From: Clostridia bacterium
Lineage (GTDB): Bacteria; Bacillota; Clostridia; Oscillospirales; CAG-272
Assembly (NCBI GenBank): GCA_017463125.1
Contig: JAFTPV010000003.1
Span: 93,190-157,189 of the forward strand
Direction: 5' to 3'
DNA: 64,000 nucleotides
The notes beneath the pieces were generated by a model that ran no database searches, was not told the origin of the DNA, and saw only the letters and a list, made by a program, of their open reading frames with translations. A program made the translations under genes and the position numbers. Below are positions 17,110-22,047 of this stretch, piece by piece. Every line of letters starts with the position of its first letter. Position 1 is the stretch's first letter.

Positions 17110-17305
17110 ATTTGGAGAAACAGCTTGTCCTTATCGATTTTTTAATAAATTAAGCTAAATTTTGGTAAAATTACGTGTTGTTGCTCTTATATGATAGCAG
17201 GGTGGCGATTTTTGAGCGTTTTGCCGAAGTGCGAAAAATCCTTGTATTTCAAGGGGTTTCGGCGATTTTTCAATAAAGGTTGCATTTGCGTTATTGCAGC
17301 ATCTG
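17110..17305 (+). repeat. right arm of the element (attachment-site arm) ending in the TCTG core at the cotJC junction
   Basis: Direct-repeat partner of 8948..9142. It contains GGTTGC 18 nt from the core, mirrored by GCAAC 16 nt from the core in the left arm. Confidence 0.85.
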
Positions 17306-17708
17306 CCGCGAGGTCCTCGTGAATATCGGCAAGGGGATCACCTTTGGAGGCTATTGCCATAGCGTCAAAGGGCACGCCTGCCGCCGAGCAGGGATAGATA
17401 CCTACGCCGTGATCAACGTAGTATTTATCAAAGCCCGCTGCTTTTATTTCATCATGGGTAAGGTTTCTGGTAAGCTGATGGACGATAGAGGCCACGATCT
17501 CCATGTGCCCAAGCTCCTCACTGCCTACGTCCGTTAATATACCTATCACTCTGCCATCGGGCATATTATATCTTTGGTTGAGGTAACGGGTAGCCGCAGC
17601 GAGCTCGCCGTCAGGTCCTCCAAGTGCTGTGATTATCATACCTGCAAGCTTGGGGTTGGGGGTTTCTATCTTTACAGGATATTGCAATTTTTTCTCGTAT
17701 ATCCACAT
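17302..17708 (-). pseudogene. cotJC: cotJC 5' fragment (N-terminal 135 codons of the manganese-catalase-family spore coat protein)
   Basis: MWIYEKKLQYPVKIETPNPKLAGMIITALGGPDGELAAATRYLNQRY...SEELGHMEIV...DIHEDLAA is near-identical in pattern to B. subtilis and C. difficile CotJC. After the junction the frame reads element DNA for 38 codons, to a stop at 17187. Confidence 0.85.
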
Positions 17709-17709
17709 A

Positions 17710-18009
17710 TTAGTTCATTCCTCCCTGACGATTATTCGGTGCGCCGTTACCCATCTGCCAAGGCCAAGGCTCGTTTACCCAACTCCAGCCCTTAGTCGTA
17801 TCGGTGCCTATTGCGGTGAGGGGCCCGGTCGTGCCCTCGTACTCCTCGACAAGATCCTTTAGCTCTTCTACGGTTTTATAATAGTAGTCAAGAGCCGCGC
17901 AGCAGTCGGGGTGAGTGTCAAGATAAAGCTCAAGCTCGGTTTTCACAAAGCTCAAGGCGCGGATTTTTTCAAGTAAGGGAGTATCTGCTCCCATCATTCG
18001 ATTATTCAT
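17710..18009 (-). CDS. cotJB: spore coat protein CotJB
   Basis: Contains LLEKIRALSFVKTELELYLDTHPD and the C-terminal PWPWQ motif. The ATG overlaps the cotJA stop (ATGAATAA). Confidence 0.85.
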   Translation of the reverse strand: MNNRMMGADTPLLEKIRALSFVKTELELYLDTHPDCCAALDYYYKTVEELKDLVEEYEGTTGPLTAIGTDTTKGWSWVNEPWPWQMGNGAPNNRQGGMN

Positions 18010-18322
18010 TACCGTAGACCTCCATCGGCTTGTATAACTGCTCGAAAAGTGTGCCGTGAGCAAGGGCGTCAGGAGCCGAATACAGCATACAGAATTTTTG
18101 ACTGGGTGCGTATAGGTACGCGGGTTTGAAATTATCTACGCAGCTTCCGCCGCCACAACCGCAGCCACCCTCGGTGACTCCGCCAACGGTGCCGCCATTT
18201 CCGTTACTGTTACCGTTACCGCCGGGAGTCACAGGAGCACTGTTGTTAAAGGTGGGGGCAAAGCCCGCAGCAGCCATCTGTGCGCATCTATCGGTCGGAT
18301 AACCGTTTTCATTCTTTCTCAT
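18002..18322 (-). CDS. cotJA: spore coat-associated protein CotJA
   Basis: The C-terminal pattern YLYAPSQKFCMLYSAPDALAHGTLFEQLYKP matches the CotJA family. It is first in the operon. The start was chosen at MRKNENG (18322). Confidence 0.7.
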   Translation of the reverse strand: MRKNENGYPTDRCAQMAAAGFAPTFNNSAPVTPGGNGNSNGNGGTVGGVTEGGCGCGGGSCVDNFKPAYLYAPSQKFCMLYSAPDALAHGTLFEQLYKPMEVYGNE

Positions 18323-18437
18323 TTGTTCTGTCCTTTTGTTTTTTGTGGTGCTATACGCCACTACAACCATTATATGCCTAACTCATAAAGCTGTGAATAT
18401 TTTTCGACAATATGCAACTGTAACGGCAAAAAAGCAC

Positions 18438-18466
18438 TTGACTAAAACTTATGTATGTCGTATAAT
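18438..18466 (+). promoter_or_regulatory. sigma-A type promoter for the DUF4416-like gene
   Basis: TTGACT, 17 nt, then TATAAT. Confidence 0.6.
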
Positions 18467-18493
18467 AAATACATAATTTTTTCGGAGGTTACT

Positions 18494-19063
18494 ATGGGAG
18501 CTGTTTACGATTTTGAAGAGGAGAAGCTGATAGTCGGCGTTATTTACAGTGACAAGGAGCTACTCGATAGAGCCTTAGATATGCTGGTTAAGGATTTCGG
18601 AGAGTGGGACGCGGTATCCGAGGAGTTTTCTTTTTCTGCCGAATTTTCCGACTACTACGACGAGGAGCTTGGCGGTGAAGGGCTAAGACGTATTTACAGC
18701 TTCAAGAAAACGGTTGATCCCTCAAGACAGGCAGAGATAAAGGAGAGGACAAACGAGATAGAAATAACACTGTCCGTTGACGGCAAGCGGCACGTAAACC
18801 TCGACCCCGGATTTATCAATCACGGAAGGCTGCTTCTTGCTACAACGAAAAAGGCGGGCTTTAGAATACCGCTCGAGCGCGGCATATACACCGAGATGAC
18901 TCTCTATTACGCACGAGGAGGGTGGCACAAGCTCCCCTGGACATACAGAGATTATCAATCCGAGAGAGTTCAGAAATTCATCACCAAGGTAAGACACGAT
19001 TATCTTCTCGAGAGGCGTAAAAAAGAGAAGGAAAAATGTGAATTATTAAAGAAAAAAGTCTAG
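18494..19063 (+). CDS. DUF4416-like hypothetical protein
   Basis: ORF trimmed to MGAVYDF after a GGAGG RBS. The pattern NLDPGFI...LLLATTK...RIPL is what I recall for DUF4416. This is a weak call. Confidence 0.45.
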   Translation: MGAVYDFEEEKLIVGVIYSDKELLDRALDMLVKDFGEWDAVSEEFSFSAEFSDYYDEELGGEGLRRIYSFKKTVDPSRQAEIKERTNEIEITLSVDGKRHVNLDPGFINHGRLLLATTKKAGFRIPLERGIYTEMTLYYARGGWHKLPWTYRDYQSERVQKFITKVRHDYLLERRKKEKEKCELLKKKV

Positions 19064-19129
19064 AAACCACCGAATAAATGGTAGTTTTCAAAAATTACGA
19101 ACTGTATTTCGGCTTTTTTCGCGTTTTAC

Positions 19130-19158
19130 TTGACAAAAGCGCTGTTATATAGTATAAT
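19130..19158 (+). promoter_or_regulatory. sigma-A type promoter for glyA
   Basis: TTGACA, 17 nt, then TATAAT. Confidence 0.65.
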
Positions 19159-19198
19159 ATAATCGCAAAATATTTTTTACTAAAAGGAATTTACTTAA

Positions 19199-20443
19199 AT
19201 GAGAGATTACAAGCTGCTTGAAAAATGCGACCCCGAGCTTTACTCTGCTGTTATGGCGGAAACGTCAAGACAGAGAAACAAGATAGAGCTTATCGCCTCC
19301 GAGAACTTTGTTTCCGAGGTGGTTATGGAGGCAAACGGCACAACGCTAACCAACAAATACGCAGAGGGCTACCCCTCAAAAAGATACTACGGCGGATGTG
19401 AGCACGTGGATGTTGTGGAAACGATTGCCATCGATAGAGCTAAAAAGCTCTTTGGAGCAGGTTACGCTAACGTACAGCCCCATTCCGGAGCGCAGGCTAA
19501 TATGGCGGTATTCTTTGCCCTGCTTGAGCCGGGCGAAACCGTTCTCTCAATGAACCTTGCTCACGGAGGTCACCTTTCTCACGGCTCGCCCGTTAATATG
19601 TCGGGTAAATACTGGAACATCGTTCCCTACGGTGTATCCGAGGCTGACGGTAGAATTGATTACGACGAGGTTGAAAGGCTCGCTACCGAGTGTAAGCCCA
19701 AGCTCATTCTCGCAGGTGCCTCGGCATACCCCAGAATCATTGATTTCAAGAGATTTCGTGAGATAGCAGACAAGGTTGGTGCGTATCTTATGGTAGATAT
19801 GGCGCACATTGCGGGACTTGTTGCAACAGGCGCGCACCCATCGCCCGTCCCCTACGCTCACGTTACAACTACCACAACTCACAAAACCTTAAGAGGTCCG
19901 AGAGGCGGTCTTATCCTCACAAACGACGAGGAGCTTGCGAAGAAAATCAACAAGGCTATTTTCCCCGGTATTCAGGGAGGACCCCTCATGCACACGATTG
20001 CGGCAAAGGCAGTTTGCTTTGGCGAGGCTCTGAAGCCTGAGTTCAAGGCGTATGCAGAGCAGATAGTTAAAAATGCGGCAGCACTTGCCGAAGGTCTGCT
20101 TGAAGAGGGCTTCAAGCTCGTTTCCGGCGGTACGGACAACCACCTTATGCTTGTTGACCTGACCGGAATGAAGGTTGACACAGGCAAGGAGGCGGAGCAC
20201 CTTCTCGACGAGATAGGCATTACCTGTAACAAAAACGCTATCCCCTTTGATACACAGAAGCCCTTTGTCACAAGCGGTCTGCGCCTCGGCACAGCGGCGA
20301 CCACGACTCGCGGCTTTGTAGAAGAGGATATGAAGGAAATAGCAAAAATCATCGGTATGACGCTTAAGGACTTTGATAAAAATGCTGACGAAGCAAAAAT
20401 AAGAGTTAAGGCTCTGTGCGATAAGTACCCACTGTATGAATAA
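19199..20443 (+). CDS. glyA: serine hydroxymethyltransferase
   Basis: Contains LIASENFVS, the PLP-lysine context [14 protein letters not shown], and GIQGGPLMH. Confidence 0.95.
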   Translation: MRDYKLLEKCDPELYSAVMAETSRQRNKIELIASENFVSEVVMEANGTTLTNKYAEGYPSKRYYGGCEHVDVVETIAIDRAKKLFGAGYANVQPHSGAQANMAVFFALLEPGETVLSMNLAHGGHLSHGSPVNMSGKYWNIVPYGVSEADGRIDYDEVERLATECKPKLILAGASAYPRIIDFKRFREIADKVGAYLMVDMAHIAGLVATGAHPSPVPYAHVTTTTTHKTLRGPRGGLILTNDEELAKKINKAIFPGIQGGPLMHTIAAKAVCFGEALKPEFKAYAEQIVKNAAALAEGLLEEGFKLVSGGTDNHLMLVDLTGMKVDTGKEAEHLLDEIGITCNKNAIPFDTQKPFVTSGLRLGTAATTTRGFVEEDMKEIAKIIGMTLKDFDKNADEAKIRVKALCDKYPLYE

Positions 20444-20448
20444 AAATC

Positions 20449-20486
20449 AAGCACCGAATGAAAAAACAACTCATTCGGTGCTTTAC
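20449..20486 (+). terminator. hairpin terminator after glyA
   Basis: 13-bp stem aagcaccgaatga/tcattcggtgctt. The T-tract is weak. Confidence 0.55.
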
Positions 20487-20491
20487 TATAT

Positions 20492-20523
20492 AAAAAAACG
20501 ACCACAGCAGGGTGGTCGTTTTT
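20492..20523. terminator. bidirectional terminator (serves rplL on the minus strand)
   Basis: Stem acgaccac/gtggtcgt flanked by an A-run and a T-run. Confidence 0.65.
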
Positions 20524-20541
20524 ACTTTTTGGGAGATGAAA

Positions 20542-20919
20542 TTACTTAACTTCAACCTCTGCGCCAGCAGCCTTGAGCTGCTCTGCGATCTTGTCAGCCT
20601 CTTCCTTAGCAACTGCCTCTTTAACAGTCTTGGGAGCTGCCTCAACGAGATCCTTAGCGTCCTTAAGGCCAAGGCCGGTGATCTCACGAACAACCTTGAT
20701 AACGTTAAGCTTAGAAGCGCCTGCGTTCTTAAGAACAACGTCGAACTCGGTCTTCTCCTCTGCTGCGGGAGCTGCTGCGCCTGCGCCGGGAGCTGCTGCA
20801 ACTGCTACGGGAGCTGCAGAAACGCCGAATTCCTCCTCAAGTGCTTTAACGAGATCTGCGAGTTCAAGAATGGTAAGACCCTTAACAAGCTCAAGGATCT
20901 GAGTAGACTTTTCGTTCAT
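20542..20919 (-). CDS. rplL: 50S ribosomal protein L7/L12
   Basis: Begins [29 protein letters not shown], has an Ala/Pro hinge, and ends [21 protein letters not shown]. Confidence 0.95.
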   Translation of the reverse strand: MNEKSTQILELVKGLTILELADLVKALEEEFGVSAAPVAVAAAPGAGAAAPAAEEKTEFDVVLKNAGASKLNVIKVVREITGLGLKDAKDLVEAAPKTVKEAVAKEEADKIAEQLKAAGAEVEVK

Positions 20920-20974
20920 TTTTTAATCCTCCGAAATTTTCGTATTTTTTATTTAATAATGTAGTGTGCAGAAA

Positions 20975-21520
20975 TTAAGCCTCTGCGGGAGCTTCTGCGG
21001 GAGCTGCGTCCGTCTCGGGAGCTGCTTCTCCGTCTTTGTCGATAATAGCCTGAAGTACATAAGCAAAGCTGTAAAGGGACGACTGAAGACTGCCCATCAT
21101 CTTGCCGATGAGAACTTCCTTGCTAGGTGTAGCTGCAAGAGCCTCTACGCCTGCCTGATCAAGAACACCGCCGTCAACGAAACCTGCTTTGATCTCAAAG
21201 CAATCAATCTTGTCAGCGAACTGCTTCATGATCTTTGCGGGAGCGAGGGGATCGTCCTGGCTGATTGCGATAGCGGTCATACCAGAAAGGTACTGCTTCA
21301 TATCAGCGAGGCCTGCGATGTCACACGCTCTGCCCGTAAGGGTATTCTTCATAACGGTGTACTCTACACCAGCCTTACGAAGAGCCGCACGAAGCTCTGT
21401 GTCTTCAGAAACCTTAATGCCTTCGTACTTTACGAGAACGCCAGCCTGTGCAGACTGCATCTTAGCGGCGAGTGTCTCAACGACTTGCTTCTTCTCTTCA
21501 AGAATCTTATTGCTTGGCAT
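20975..21520 (-). CDS. rplJ: 50S ribosomal protein L10
   Basis: Located upstream of rplL. It has a typical L10 N-terminus after trimming to MPSNKILEEKK, preceded by GGAGG. Confidence 0.9.
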   Translation of the reverse strand: MPSNKILEEKKQVVETLAAKMQSAQAGVLVKYEGIKVSEDTELRAALRKAGVEYTVMKNTLTGRACDIAGLADMKQYLSGMTAIAISQDDPLAPAKIMKQFADKIDCFEIKAGFVDGGVLDQAGVEALAATPSKEVLIGKMMGSLQSSLYSFAYVLQAIIDKDGEAAPETDAAPAEAPAEA

Positions 21521-21680
21521 TGTTTCACCTCCATAAAAAATCAATAAAAAACATCCTTTTCCGCAAAAGGCATACTACCTCCGAGAAAAAGGACAACTAA
21601 AATACAAAAAATATTTAAGTTTTCTTCACCTCGGCAGGAAAGCTACGCGCTTTTACCGGAACCTGCTGTCTTAGGATACC
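21521..21680 (-). promoter_or_regulatory. rplJ 5' leader (L10-leader-type autoregulatory attenuator)
   Basis: About 160-nt untranslated leader between a consensus promoter and rplJ. It ends in the terminator-like hairpin CCUUUU-GCGG-AAAAGG plus a U-run (21545..21570). Assignment to the L10 leader family is by position and architecture only. Confidence 0.55.
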
Positions 21681-21686
21681 TATGGT

Positions 21687-21715
21687 ATTATATCAGATAA
21701 ATTACTGTTTGTCAA
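21687..21715 (-). promoter_or_regulatory. consensus sigma-A promoter of the rplJL operon
   Basis: On the minus strand TTGACA (21715..21710), 17 nt, then TATAAT (21692..21687). Confidence 0.7.
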
Positions 21716-21817
21716 GAGGTTTTTGAAAGTTTTTTTATTTTTCAAGAAATATTGTAATAAAGCAGTCTATCCGGTGGTCATGACTAACCTTACAAAAATT
21801 CAAATTGCACATATCTC

Positions 21818-21936
21818 GGACAGTCGAGGCGCCTGTCCCTACAGTTGTATGTTCAAATTGCGATAAGGATTTGTATTTACTAACAACTCGTTTTCACAAA
21901 ATGAACACGCTATTTGTAGGGACAGGCGCCTCTGTC
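21818..21936. repeat. inverted-repeat element: two GC-rich arms of about 25 nt flanking about 70 nt of AT-rich DNA
   Basis: The arms are ggacagtcgaggcgcctgtccctaca (21818..21843) and tgtagggacaggcgcctctgtc (21915..21936). Each arm is also internally palindromic (ggacag..ctgtcc). Confidence 0.6.
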
Positions 21937-21986
21937 TGTTCGCATAATATGAACAATCAAATTTATCCGAAACGCAATTAAGATAA

Positions 21987-22020
21987 CAAGGCTCCGACGA
22001 ATCGGAGCCTTGTGTTTTTT
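21987..22020. terminator. hairpin terminator downstream of the LamG-like gene
   Basis: 11-bp stem caaggctccga/tcggagccttg. There is a T-run on the plus strand and a partly U-rich tail on the minus strand. Confidence 0.55.
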
Positions 22021-22047
22021 GTTTTGCAATAGATATTTAGTTTAAGA

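Larger units (their letters stand above)
3383..17305. mobile_element. about 13.9-kb integrated element interrupting cotJC, with a large serine recombinase at one end and type II-A CRISPR-Cas cargo
   Basis: It is bounded by the two halves of cotJC. A 4-nt core TCTG is present at both junctions (3379..3382 and 17302..17305). The recombinase gene lies just inside the left end. Several segments are more AT-rich than the flanks. Confidence 0.8.

Noticed and set aside
18323-18437. Sigma-E type sporulation promoter upstream of cotJA (ATATT ... CATATAAT on the minus strand)
   Set aside because: The two boxes are about 19 nt apart, longer than the spacing I recall for sigma-E promoters, so I cannot support the call. 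Transcript mapping is needed.
20406-21547. Several 100-190-aa ORFs on both strands across rplL and rplJ (20406..20801, 20512..20964, 20573..20902, 20966..21547, 21189..21536)
   Set aside because: They overlap the unmistakable L7/L12 and L10 genes in other frames. The Ala-rich hinge region generates open frames on both strands.
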